Positions 25,774 to 35,053 are shown, numbered from the stretch's first letter. The stretch is 36,239 bases of DNA from Candidatus Wolframiiraptor sinensis (GCA_023261815.1 JALNKA010000002.1:1-36239); one strand, 5' to 3'. The notes: generated from the letters alone by a model not told the origin. Program-made: numbers and translations.

Positions 25774-28037
25774 CCGAAGAAGTCTATCAGCGTTCTCTCG
25801 CCGGACTCCAGAATCTTCTCTGCACTTACTCCAACGGCCTCGAGGATTCTACCACACGCCGCCACAACCTGCTTCTCCACATAATACTCCCAGTCAACCT
25901 CATCCCTTGAGACCTTGAAGTAGGGTTTTGCTCTGGAGTATAGAGGGCCGGAGCCGGCGGTCACGATGAACCCTATCTTGTCTCCGGGTTGAATCCTCCA
26001 TCCCTCGCTCATGAGCTGCTTGGCGACGACTATGTGGGGCTGGGTCGCGGAGTACTCGCTGAGCGGCCTAGTTATCTGCTTCCAGATTATGAGCTTCCTC
26101 AAGTCGACCTGGTGATTTCTAAGCGCTTGGACGTATTCTCTGGCCTTCTTGAGGGCTTGAGCTGGATCTCCAGTCTCGAGCAAGGCCTTGACCGTCTCGT
26201 ATTGGGCTTCTCTCGCTATCCCGCTCCAGTCTCCTCTTACGGTCTCCAGCCCGGCGACCTCTATCCCTCCATCAGCGGTTATGCCGGCATACCTCTTCTT
26301 CGCCTCCGTGAAGATTATCCTCTTGAAGATCTTCTCCAGCTTCGCCTCGAGGCCGAGCTCCACCTCGATCCACTCAACCAGCTTCTCCAGCTTTCCATGG
26401 TAGTTCTTGAGGAAGACGGAGTCCGTGTCCGAGTAGATCACTTTCATCCCAAGCTCTTCGGCCTTTCTCATCGTGGAGGCGATCACCTCCCTGCCCCAGG
26501 CCGTAGTCGCCTCCGCAACCTCCCTAGAGTACCACCTCGCGCCCGACCAGCCCGTATAACCATAGACGGCGTTCGCGATGATCTTGACCGCCCTCTGCCT
26601 CGCGTCTAGAATCTTGGCCTCAACGCTTCCATGCGGCGCCGCCTTCAGCCTTTCCTGAATCTTCCTGCGCTCCTCGAGCAGCGTCTTCAGGGCCATCGGG
26701 AGGAAGCCCTCGGGCCTTGCCCTAAACCTGTGGCCGCTAGGCGCAATATTCTCACCATCATCGCTCAGCGTGTCGAATGAGATGTTATACTTGATTATCA
26801 GGCTCGGGTACATCGACCTGAAGTCTAGGACCGCGACGTCCTCGTGCATGCCTCTTATAGGCTCCTTCACGAGGCCGCCGGGATAACTCACGTGCGCGAT
26901 CTCGGTTCTCCTCGGGATGAGCTCGCCAGCTCGGGGGGCCAGCCTCATCAAGTAGCTCTCAACCCTGAAGCCGGCGGAGGCCGTCAGAACATAGTCGGCG
27001 GGCATGCCGGTCAGCTCGCTCAGGCTGAAGATGAACTCCCTGATGGCGTCGAATGCCCTGAGAATCGCCTCAGACCTCTGAGCCGAGTAATTCTTAACCC
27101 GCCGCCTGTCCTCCCTCCAGAGATCGCCGAGCTCATATTCTTCTATCGTATCCAGCCTCGCGTCTATGCCGAGATATCTCACGAACTCCTCTAGCGTTTC
27201 CACGGTGAGCTCCGGTATATCCCTGGCCATGTCCTCGAGGTCTATGTTGAGCCTCCCGCGTATCGAGACGTGGCCGTGCACGCTCATCCTGGGCTCGGCT
27301 CCCAGCCTGCCAACAGCCATCCTAACACCAATCCTCTTAGCCCTCTCCGCGAGATAGCTCCACTGAAATCTATTCGAGCCGAAGCCGACGATGATATCTG
27401 GATCGGCCTCGCGCACAGTCGAGATGAAGGATCTAATGATCTCGGCCTCATCGCCCTCGAGCTGGATAATCCTCCCATCATCGAAGCAAAGGGTTATCAG
27501 CCGAATGGGATCCCGCTCAGCCCTCGGAGAACCCTTCTCGCCGAAGACCACCATATCCATGGACACGACCTTGAGCGCCGGCGGCGGAGCCTCATCCGCC
27601 TCCCTGACCTCGCAGCACTCGAGAACCCGGACGCCATCCTCGGCGCCCACGTCCAAGCCATCGACCTCGAGCCAAGAGCACGGCCTCAGACCCACATCCA
27701 TCAAATACTTGACGGTGATTCGGACATCATCCTCATAGGCCTCCAGCGCCGGCATCCTCCTCAAAAGCCTCCCAGCATAATCCTCCAGATCCTCCCTGTC
27801 CACGTAGACCCTTAGAGCCTCAACAGGTTTTCCGCGAACCCTCCGAGAGCACCTCTCAAACCTGAGGCCCTCAGCCCTTAATAACTCAGCAGCCCCATCC
27901 AGATTCCCGACAAGATAGAAGCTTGGAGTATACCTCACTCTAGCCAGCCAGGTAGATCCGTCGCCCGCCTTCATCCAGAGCGCTATCACGGGCCCTCCAT
28001 CCTGCTCTGATGCTAGGTCGAGTAGCCAGAGCCTCAT
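25770..28037 (-). CDS. polB3: Family B DNA polymerase, PolB3 type, with degenerate 3'-5' exonuclease
   Basis: Pol motifs DFRSMYPS, KIIANAVYGYTGW, YSDTDS, KKRYAG, ETVRGDW; C-terminal PIP-like RTLIDFF; Exo motifs altered. Confidence 0.9.
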   Translation of the reverse strand: MRLWLLDLASEQDGGPVIALWMKAGDGSTWLARVRYTPSFYLVGNLDGAAELLRAEGLRFERCSRRVRGKPVEALRVYVDREDLEDYAGRLLRRMPALEAYEDDVRITVKYLMDVGLRPCSWLEVDGLDVGAEDGVRVLECCEVREADEAPPPALKVVSMDMVVFGEKGSPRAERDPIRLITLCFDDGRIIQLEGDEAEIIRSFISTVREADPDIIVGFGSNRFQWSYLAERAKRIGVRMAVGRLGAEPRMSVHGHVSIRGRLNIDLEDMARDIPELTVETLEEFVRYLGIDARLDTIEEYELGDLWREDRRRVKNYSAQRSEAILRAFDAIREFIFSLSELTGMPADYVLTASAGFRVESYLMRLAPRAGELIPRRTEIAHVSYPGGLVKEPIRGMHEDVAVLDFRSMYPSLIIKYNISFDTLSDDGENIAPSGHRFRARPEGFLPMALKTLLEERRKIQERLKAAPHGSVEAKILDARQRAVKIIANAVYGYTGWSGARWYSREVAEATTAWGREVIASTMRKAEELGMKVIYSDTDSVFLKNYHGKLEKLVEWIEVELGLEAKLEKIFKRIIFTEAKKRYAGITADGGIEVAGLETVRGDWSGIAREAQYETVKALLETGDPAQALKKAREYVQALRNHQVDLRKLIIWKQITRPLSEYSATQPHIVVAKQLMSEGWRIQPGDKIGFIVTAGSGPLYSRAKPYFKVSRDEVDWEYYVEKQVVAACGRILEAVGVSAEKILESGERTLIDFFG

Positions 28038-28188
28038 AGCCCCTGAATGTATGCGGGAAGCCGAGATAAGCCTTTAACCCCGGCCCTCCGGCAAGCAATA
28101 CGCGGTAGATCCTCTAGAGGATACGCTGCGATAAATATCGCTAAACAGCTCGTGTTAGCCCCAAGAAATGGGCGCCGGATTTACGGCC

Positions 28189-28434
28189 TTAAGCCTTGGT
28201 CTTTACCTCTATCTCGATCTTCTCAGCTTCCTTCAGAAGCTGATTCGGAACTTTGACGACTTTGGCGTTCTTCAAGGATTTCTTCTTCCTAGGCGAGTTC
28301 CTCAGCAGAATCCCGCAGTACGGGCACCTGACGCTATCCGTGAGATAGTATATCCTGCACCTAGAGCAGTACTTGTAGCCATTGGCGTAGCTCCTCCTCA
28401 GAGACATCTGAGGCTTGTTATCCAGAAACAGCAT
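28189..28434 (-). CDS. Small basic C4 zinc-ribbon protein
   Basis: CSRC-x10-CPYC followed by LRNSPRKKK; SD GGGGGTGA upstream of the ATG; fills an otherwise empty gap. Confidence 0.72.
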   Translation of the reverse strand: MLFLDNKPQMSLRRSYANGYKYCSRCRIYYLTDSVRCPYCGILLRNSPRKKKSLKNAKVVKVPNQLLKEAEKIEIEVKTKA

Positions 28435-28518
28435 CCCGACCCTTCACCCCCGCATGAGGGCATTTCTTCCTCCAAATAAACCTTATCTATAATCTTCTAC
28501 ATAAAGTAAGTAGAGACC

Positions 28519-29574
28519 ATGAGAGGCGGCCGAGCGGAAAGGGTCTTCCGGAGGCTTCAGGTAGTCGGTAGGGCCAGCTACTCTATCTCCATTCCGAAGA
28601 GCTGGGTTCTTAGAATGGGGTTGAAGCCCGGGGATATCCTCGAGATAAGCGAGGGTATTGATGGTAGTCTTAGGCTTAGCCCGCCAGAGGCTAGGCTGAG
28701 GAGGAGCCTATGCAGGATAAATGCTGATCTCTGCAGGGATCTCGATCATCTTGGAGCGATAATCTTGGCGAGCTATAGGGTTGGCTATGATGTGGTCCAG
28801 GTAAGCTGCTCGAAGAGCCCGATCCATGAGCTATCTAGGAGCTTGGAGAGCCTTATCGAGGGCCTTCCGGGCTTCGAGCTGGATCAGGGCCAAAACTCCG
28901 AGCTAATTCTCCGAAATGTTCTCGACTACTCCCGATTCCCGGCCGATGATCTCGTTAAGCGGAGCTATATCATTGTCTCCGAGATGCTCAATACTCTCTC
29001 GAGCTTTCTCGAGACCGGGAGATACGACCTCATACCCTATATCGAGACCTTGAGGCGGCGCATTGGCGAGCTTCTCCAGCTGCATGCCAGGCTCATGATG
29101 ACCTATTTCAGGAGGAGGGAGCTGGGGAGGTTTCTCAAGCTTCAAAACCCGCCCCACATATACTCCTCGATAATCCTGGAGAACTTGATGGATTCTCTCG
29201 CCGAGGTCATCTTGGAGCTCGCCAAGCGAGCATCCATGCTGGGGAAGAAGGTATGGGCGGACTCCACGACGTACAATGGATTGAGGAGGGCGCTCGACGA
29301 GTCATCAAGACTCATTGATGGAGCTATCAGAGCCTATCTCTCCTTAGATCCGGAGCAAGCGCACTCGATTTTAAGCCTCCCAAAAGAGCACCTCGCGGGG
29401 ATCCTGAGGGAGGAGGTCGAGGAAACTCCTCCGAAGGATAGGCAATTGATAGCTTTGATAGCTCAAGCCGAGGCCGCCCTAACTATAATCCAGTCAATAG
29501 CTCAGAGGATAGCGCAGCTCTCCCTCGACATCTTCATGGAGTCTGAGAACCCCATATGCGAGGTAAGGAGCTAG
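28519..29574 (+). CDS. AbrB/MazE-domain + PhoU-like regulator (second, more divergent paralog)
   Basis: RRLQVVGRASYSISIPKSWV...GLKPGD, ASYRVGYD, PGFE, helical PhoU-like repeats. Confidence 0.85.
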   Translation: MRGGRAERVFRRLQVVGRASYSISIPKSWVLRMGLKPGDILEISEGIDGSLRLSPPEARLRRSLCRINADLCRDLDHLGAIILASYRVGYDVVQVSCSKSPIHELSRSLESLIEGLPGFELDQGQNSELILRNVLDYSRFPADDLVKRSYIIVSEMLNTLSSFLETGRYDLIPYIETLRRRIGELLQLHARLMMTYFRRRELGRFLKLQNPPHIYSSIILENLMDSLAEVILELAKRASMLGKKVWADSTTYNGLRRALDESSRLIDGAIRAYLSLDPEQAHSILSLPKEHLAGILREEVEETPPKDRQLIALIAQAEAALTIIQSIAQRIAQLSLDIFMESENPICEVRS

Positions 29575-29589
29575 GGCTTCGACGTGCTA

Positions 29590-30240
29590 CTATCGGTCTC
29601 TCATAAATCTCAAGAATGGATTCAGCATCTTCTCAGCGCCTATTGTCGATGAGGGCCCATGCCCGGGGTAAACAGCGTAATGATCCGGGAGGCTCAGGAT
29701 CTTTGCGCTTATCGAGCTCAGTAAGCTCTGGAGGCTTCCACCCGGCAAGTCCGTTCTACCGATTGATCCGGCGAAGAGCGTATCTCCCGTGAAGATCATC
29801 TCCTCAGCCAAATAGCAGACGCTGCCGGGAGTATGTCCAGGCGTATGAATCACCCTGACATTATGGTCTCCGACGCGCAAGATCTGCCCATCAAATATCC
29901 ATTCATCGGGCTCGGGTGGCGGATCAACCTCCACGTCCAAGAAGTATTTCGCGTCAGCTGGGGCTCGTGATAGAATCGCCGCATCGCCCTCATGGATATA
30001 GAAGCCGCATCCAAGATCCTCCTTCAGATCCCGGACGCCGAGCACGTGGTCGAAGTGGCCGTGAGTCAGGTAAATCCCCTTAACCTCGACACCGCGTTCA
30101 TCAACGATCTTGATGATTTTCTCCGCATCATCTCCCGCATCGATTATTATTCCATCTCCAAGCTCCGGATCATAAAGTAGGTAGGAATTTGATAATAGCC
30201 TGCCGACGGGGATACACTCGACTCGCAACATCCTCATCAT
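29590..30240 (-). CDS. MBL-fold metallo-hydrolase (glyoxalase II / YcbL-like)
   Basis: THGHFDH, HTPGHTPG, FTGDTLF, GRTDLPGG, YPGHG. Confidence 0.93.
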   Translation of the reverse strand: MMRMLRVECIPVGRLLSNSYLLYDPELGDGIIIDAGDDAEKIIKIVDERGVEVKGIYLTHGHFDHVLGVRDLKEDLGCGFYIHEGDAAILSRAPADAKYFLDVEVDPPPEPDEWIFDGQILRVGDHNVRVIHTPGHTPGSVCYLAEEMIFTGDTLFAGSIGRTDLPGGSLQSLLSSISAKILSLPDHYAVYPGHGPSSTIGAEKMLNPFLRFMRDR

Positions 30241-30285
30241 ATCCCAAGACTGGGCTGGATAAATATCGTGGGGACCGCGAAGCCG

Positions 30286-32781
30286 CTAGATGAAGTATTC
30301 CAGGCTCGTCATGCCCGTTATCTTGTTCACGTCTATTCCAAGCGCGTCCAAGACCTGCTCGAACGTTGATAGGAGGTATTCGACGTACTTATCGACATCC
30401 ACTTGATCTTTTCTAGCGAATTCTAGGGGCTCCACGCCATCGCTATCCTTGGTCTTGACGTAGGCTATTATATCTCCGGGAACAATAGATATTCCTCGGC
30501 TGATGAGCTTTCTGGCAGCCTTGACGTGGGGCGGGGTCGTCTTCACATACCTGTCCACGCTCTTAGAAAGCATGACCTGAAAGGATAAGTCCTCCAAGTT
30601 GTATTCCCCCTTCTTAAGGGCCTGATACTTGGCTCGAACCAGCTCCTCGATCCTCCTCTTCGCGCGCTCGAACTCCTCCTCGTTCCTGACCCCCCTGAGT
30701 ATCTCCAGCATCTCCTCGAAAGAATCTTTTATGAACTTGGGGATGTGGGCTTTCTTTCCCGTGAGCCCCTTGACATCGACGACCCCCTTATCGGTGACGC
30801 CTAGATAATTCTTCTTCCTCTGCGAGAAGACCACGTACCTGTACTTCTTGTCGAGCTCCAAGTCGAGCTTCATTTCCTTTTTGACCCATGAGACTAGCTC
30901 GTTTATCAGCTCCTCATTATCGGTCTTTATGAAGAGGCTGTCCGTGTCGCCGTATAGCACTTGGATCCCCAGCTCCGTCGCCTTCTCGACCGTTCTCCTG
31001 AACGCGTATCTCGCTATCGCCGCCGTGCTCTCGGCAACGGGCGGGCAGTAAAGCGGGAACTCCTCGAATCCGAAGACGCCGTAAGCCGCGTTTAGGAAGA
31101 CCTTGAGAGCTCTCTGGACGACGCCATACCATCTTCGCTGGCTCTCGGGGAGGCTTTTATCCGAGCTCTTCGGTTTATACCATCTAACCCTTATGTCTCT
31201 GAGGCATCCTATCACCTCGCTCTGAATCCCCCTTCTCTCCCTGCATATCCAGTGGCTGGTCTCCGGGACGACGTTATCTCTGCACCCCGGGTGCGGGCAT
31301 CTAGCGGTCTCATAGCTGAGATTCCACTCCTTTAAAACCGATGGATAAAGGGATGAGAAGTCTAGGACCGTTACGTCAAAGTGCACTCCGGGGACGGGTT
31401 CGACGACTATCGCGCCCCTATACTTCTTCCCCTCAATGATCGCCTTCGTCGAGATTACTCCCTTCTCCTCGAGGAGCTCATCATGTCTCGGTATCAGATA
31501 CCCCCTCCTCCTATGCTCGAAGTAGAGGAGGCTCTTGATCCACCCCGATACACCATGCCTGCATACGTCCTCCATCGGCATCCTGCTTATCCTCGAGAGG
31601 ACGACTAGGAGCTTGAGAATTAGCTCGTTATCCATCGTGAGGAGCTCATGGACGAGGAGAGCGTCTTGGAAGCAGTATCTCGCCAGCTCCTCTCCACTCA
31701 GCTCCCCGATCGGCTTCTCCAGCGCGATCTTACCCTTACCCAGTATCGCATGGGCTATAGCCTCGAGAGTGTGCTCCCTATACTTGTTGTCGAAGGCATA
31801 AACTTGTATGCTCCTATTCATGAAGAACTTGTAGAGATCTATATGTATCCCGTGTCTCAGCGATGCGCCCTCCTTCCCAAGGACTATCGGGATCTGCTCC
31901 TTTGGGATCTTCAGGGCCTCGGCCCTATGCCTGAGATATGGTAGATCAAAGTCGTCGCCGTTGAATGTCGCTAGTATTGGGTATTGCTGGATGACCTCAA
32001 AGGCATCCTTGAGCATCTTGGCCTCATCATCATATACCTTGACCTCGTAGATGCTCGTGCTCGAGATGTCTCCCAGCTTCGGCGTTCTGAGCAGGTAGAC
32101 CTCCCTCCTACCATCGCTTCCGATGAAGGCTATTGTCCCGACCTTATCTCGAGCCTTGCTCGGCGACGGAACTCTGGTCGCGACCGGCGACAAGACCTCT
32201 ATATCCATCGAGAGGTGCTTGAATGCCGGCTGATCGGCCTCGAAGAGGCTTATCCACTCTGCTAGAAGCCTTTTCTCCTCATCCGGCAGGTCGCCGAAGA
32301 CATTCTCCACGATCTCCCTGATCCTCTCGTCGCTAGGTAGATATTCGCTCAGCTTATTATCCGAGAGGATATATGGCATGCATGGCGTGAGCTTCATATC
32401 ATAGAGGTAGCAGAGGTGGTATGGTATATCGGCCTCCCAGGCTTTTATCCTCTCCCTTATCGAGCTGCTGCTACCGCCTATAGCCAGTGGATCGCTTGCG
32501 ATTATCTTCGTCAACTCAACCTCCCGATCTCTCAGGAGATCATACTTTCTTTCACGTGTTAGCTCCACGACTCCGGGGAGCCCGAGCCCCTTAACCTCCT
32601 CGATCGCCTCCTTGACATAGCAGTAGGGCTTATGCCCGCTCTCATCGTATACCAGCTTGACCTCCTGAGTCTCAGGGTTCAGGAGCTTGAGATAGGCCTT
32701 CCCAGCCTTTCCATCATAACTGCACCCTATCAGGAAGTAGATGTCGTGGCGAATATGCTCGTCGAGCCGCGTCTGGGGCAT
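30286..32781 (-). CDS. polB1: Family B DNA polymerase, PolB1 type, proofreading intact
   Basis: ExoI DIE, ExoII FNGDDFD, ExoIII YCFQD; pol motifs DFSSLYPS, KVFLNAAYG, YGDTDS, KKNYLG; B1 signatures DESGHKPYCY, WEADI, NLSYET. Confidence 0.95.
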   Translation of the reverse strand: MPQTRLDEHIRHDIYFLIGCSYDGKAGKAYLKLLNPETQEVKLVYDESGHKPYCYVKEAIEEVKGLGLPGVVELTRERKYDLLRDREVELTKIIASDPLAIGGSSSSIRERIKAWEADIPYHLCYLYDMKLTPCMPYILSDNKLSEYLPSDERIREIVENVFGDLPDEEKRLLAEWISLFEADQPAFKHLSMDIEVLSPVATRVPSPSKARDKVGTIAFIGSDGRREVYLLRTPKLGDISSTSIYEVKVYDDEAKMLKDAFEVIQQYPILATFNGDDFDLPYLRHRAEALKIPKEQIPIVLGKEGASLRHGIHIDLYKFFMNRSIQVYAFDNKYREHTLEAIAHAILGKGKIALEKPIGELSGEELARYCFQDALLVHELLTMDNELILKLLVVLSRISRMPMEDVCRHGVSGWIKSLLYFEHRRRGYLIPRHDELLEEKGVISTKAIIEGKKYRGAIVVEPVPGVHFDVTVLDFSSLYPSVLKEWNLSYETARCPHPGCRDNVVPETSHWICRERRGIQSEVIGCLRDIRVRWYKPKSSDKSLPESQRRWYGVVQRALKVFLNAAYGVFGFEEFPLYCPPVAESTAAIARYAFRRTVEKATELGIQVLYGDTDSLFIKTDNEELINELVSWVKKEMKLDLELDKKYRYVVFSQRKKNYLGVTDKGVVDVKGLTGKKAHIPKFIKDSFEEMLEILRGVRNEEEFERAKRRIEELVRAKYQALKKGEYNLEDLSFQVMLSKSVDRYVKTTPPHVKAARKLISRGISIVPGDIIAYVKTKDSDGVEPLEFARKDQVDVDKYVEYLLSTFEQVLDALGIDVNKITGMTSLEYFI

Positions 32782-32864
32782 TCTAGATCATTTACCCGCA
32801 TCAGGCTAATATAGGGTTTTAGATGCTTGAATGCTGCAGGAGCCGCAAGAGGATAGGATAAGGG

Positions 32865-34172
32865 ATGAGTGTCGAGGCGGCTGAGGCGGTCTCTCTAGCA
32901 TTCGCGGCTATTAAAAGGCACTTGGAGCAGGAAATCTCCCTCAAATCAGCCCTCTACGCCTCATACCAAGAGCATGGGGCGAGGATCCGAGCCTTAAGGC
33001 TCGCCCGCAAGATGCTCCACCTATACGCCCTGGGGGGCTATCAGGCCTCCAGCCTCCTGAGAAAGCTCTCCCGAGATAAGCTCGACCAGGACTCAGTAAT
33101 ACTACTAAGCCTGCTATTGTGCTCGATCCAGGCCGGCTTGAACCTGGGCGACCCAAAGGAGCTCGTGAACGCCCTCCGGAGGCTGATGGGCAGGCTTTGG
33201 CCAAAAGGCGTCGAGCCATGGATAGGAATGATAAGATCCATTCAAAGCGCGGAGCTCGGCCTCCAAATACGCCCAGGTTATCAGCAGTGGTTTATCAAAC
33301 TCGCGGCAAGAGTCTTGGGAAGAGCCGGGGCGCGCGAGTTGCTAAGATTCCAAGATGAGAATAAGCCGAGAACATACGTGGCGCTGAACACGCTTTTCGC
33401 ATCCCCGGAGAGAATTCTAGAGGAAGCCGAGAGAAGTGGTGTTCGCCTGACCCCGGATCGAAGGCTTCCAGGCATTTACGTGCTCGATCATGTGGAGGAT
33501 ACTCGGGGCCTGATATCGCTCACTAGGAGAATGCTACTCCTGATCCAGGATCTGTCAAGCTATTACGCTGTTCACGCGCTGGATCCGAGGCCGGGTCAGA
33601 GGATCCTCGATATTTGCGCCGCGCCGGGCTCCAAGACCATTCTCGCGGGAATCAGGATGAGGAATAAGGGCCTGATAATCTCGATGGACTCCTCGACGAG
33701 CAGGCTCAGAACTCATCTAAGGAGGATTAGAGGAGCTGGGCTGAGGATCGTGGAGGATGTGGTCGCTGATGTAACCAAGCCGCTCCCCCTGAACATGGAG
33801 GCTGACGCTATTCTCCTCGACCCTCCATGCAGTTCCACAGGCCTCTTCTGGAGGGAGCCGATATACAGGCAGATGGTGAAGCCGAGGCATATCAAGATGT
33901 TCGCGCGGCTTCAGGCGAAGATGCTCGAGAGCTCTGCGCCACACGTCGCGAAGGGCGGCCACATAATCTACTCGACCTGCAGCATCTCGCTCGAGGAGAA
34001 TGAGCTCCTCATCGAGGACTTCCTCAAACTTCATCCCGAGTTCGAGCTGGTGGACCTGGAGCCGAGGCTTGGCATGAATGGATTGAGGGGCTTGGCTGAA
34101 GCCAGGCGACTCTACCCGCACAAAGACTACTGCAATGGCTTCTTCATCGTGAAGCTCAGGAGGAGGTGGTAG
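32865..34172 (+). CDS. RsmB/NOP2/NSUN family RNA m5C methyltransferase
   Basis: IQDLSS, LDICAAPGSKT, LDPPCSSTG, YSTCS, ENE, NGFF. Confidence 0.92.
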   Translation: MSVEAAEAVSLAFAAIKRHLEQEISLKSALYASYQEHGARIRALRLARKMLHLYALGGYQASSLLRKLSRDKLDQDSVILLSLLLCSIQAGLNLGDPKELVNALRRLMGRLWPKGVEPWIGMIRSIQSAELGLQIRPGYQQWFIKLAARVLGRAGARELLRFQDENKPRTYVALNTLFASPERILEEAERSGVRLTPDRRLPGIYVLDHVEDTRGLISLTRRMLLLIQDLSSYYAVHALDPRPGQRILDICAAPGSKTILAGIRMRNKGLIISMDSSTSRLRTHLRRIRGAGLRIVEDVVADVTKPLPLNMEADAILLDPPCSSTGLFWREPIYRQMVKPRHIKMFARLQAKMLESSAPHVAKGGHIIYSTCSISLEENELLIEDFLKLHPEFELVDLEPRLGMNGLRGLAEARRLYPHKDYCNGFFIVKLRRRW

Positions 34173-35025
34173 ACGATAGCATGGCGTAGTAGGCGGCATA
34201 AACCGCGCAAGCAACTGCTGATCCATCATCGAAGAGCGGATTAACCTCGACGATGTCTAGGGCGGCGAGCCCCTTCCCTGCTACCAGCTTGATGAGCTCG
34301 TACAGATGTATTGGCGCGATCCCGCCAGGCTCCGGGTTGCTGACGCCCGGCGCATAACCAGGGTCGAGCACATCGACGTCGATGCTCAGGTATATGTTCT
34401 CTAGGCCTGATGTAAGCGCCTCGAGCTTCTTCATGGCGCCCCTGAGATCCAAGAAGATCTCCGTGCTCGTGATGATGTGGATGCCCATTTCATCGGCTGC
34501 GCTGGACTCCTCGTCCACGTATGCCCTGGCCCCGGCCACTATCACGCGCTCAATCCTCCTCTCCTCCAGAAGCCTCCTCAGCCACGTTGTGTGATTGATC
34601 TTGGTATCCATGAACTCGTCCCTCATGTCGAGGTGGGCGTCGAGTATCACCAGGCATCCCATGCTCCTAAGCCTCGAGGCCGATCCGAGGGTCAGCGTGT
34701 GCTCTCCACCGAGAATCACCGGTATCCTGCCGGACTCCTCGATCCTCTCAACCGCCTCGCCGACTCTCCGAAGCATCACCTCAACGCTATTGGTCGGGTG
34801 AAGATCACCTAGATCGCATAATCTTATCATCTTCTCTGCGGGGAGCTCGAGGTATTCTGACGCGACTCTCAGGCTAAGGGGGCCGAATCTAGACCCGGGC
34901 CTATAGCTCGCCGTGGCATCAAATGGCACGCCGAAAGCGGCGTAATCAGCTTCCTCAAAGCTCGCGCCAGCTCCAACGAAGGAAGGCCCCCTATAGAATA
35001 GGAACTCGATCCAATTCCCACTCAT
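34156..35025 (-). CDS. speB: Agmatinase (ureohydrolase family)
   Basis: GVPFDAT, RPGSRFGP, GGEHTLT, DAHLD, SIDVDVLDP, PGVSNPEPGG, DIVEVNP; ATG 35025 avoids overlap with the divergent gene. Confidence 0.92.
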   Translation of the reverse strand: MSGNWIEFLFYRGPSFVGAGASFEEADYAAFGVPFDATASYRPGSRFGPLSLRVASEYLELPAEKMIRLCDLGDLHPTNSVEVMLRRVGEAVERIEESGRIPVILGGEHTLTLGSASRLRSMGCLVILDAHLDMRDEFMDTKINHTTWLRRLLEERRIERVIVAGARAYVDEESSAADEMGIHIITSTEIFLDLRGAMKKLEALTSGLENIYLSIDVDVLDPGYAPGVSNPEPGGIAPIHLYELIKLVAGKGLAALDIVEVNPLFDDGSAVACAVYAAYYAMLSSTTSS

Positions 35026-35053
35026 CGGCGTCGAGCGTGATGATGGGGTAACC

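Noticed and set aside
25989-27815. Several plus-strand ORFs of 63-206 aa
   Set aside because: All antisense to polB3, none with a recognisable domain
28047-28479. Plus-strand ORFs of 69 and 103 aa
   Set aside because: No motifs; they overlap the polB3 promoter and the better supported minus-strand Zn-finger gene
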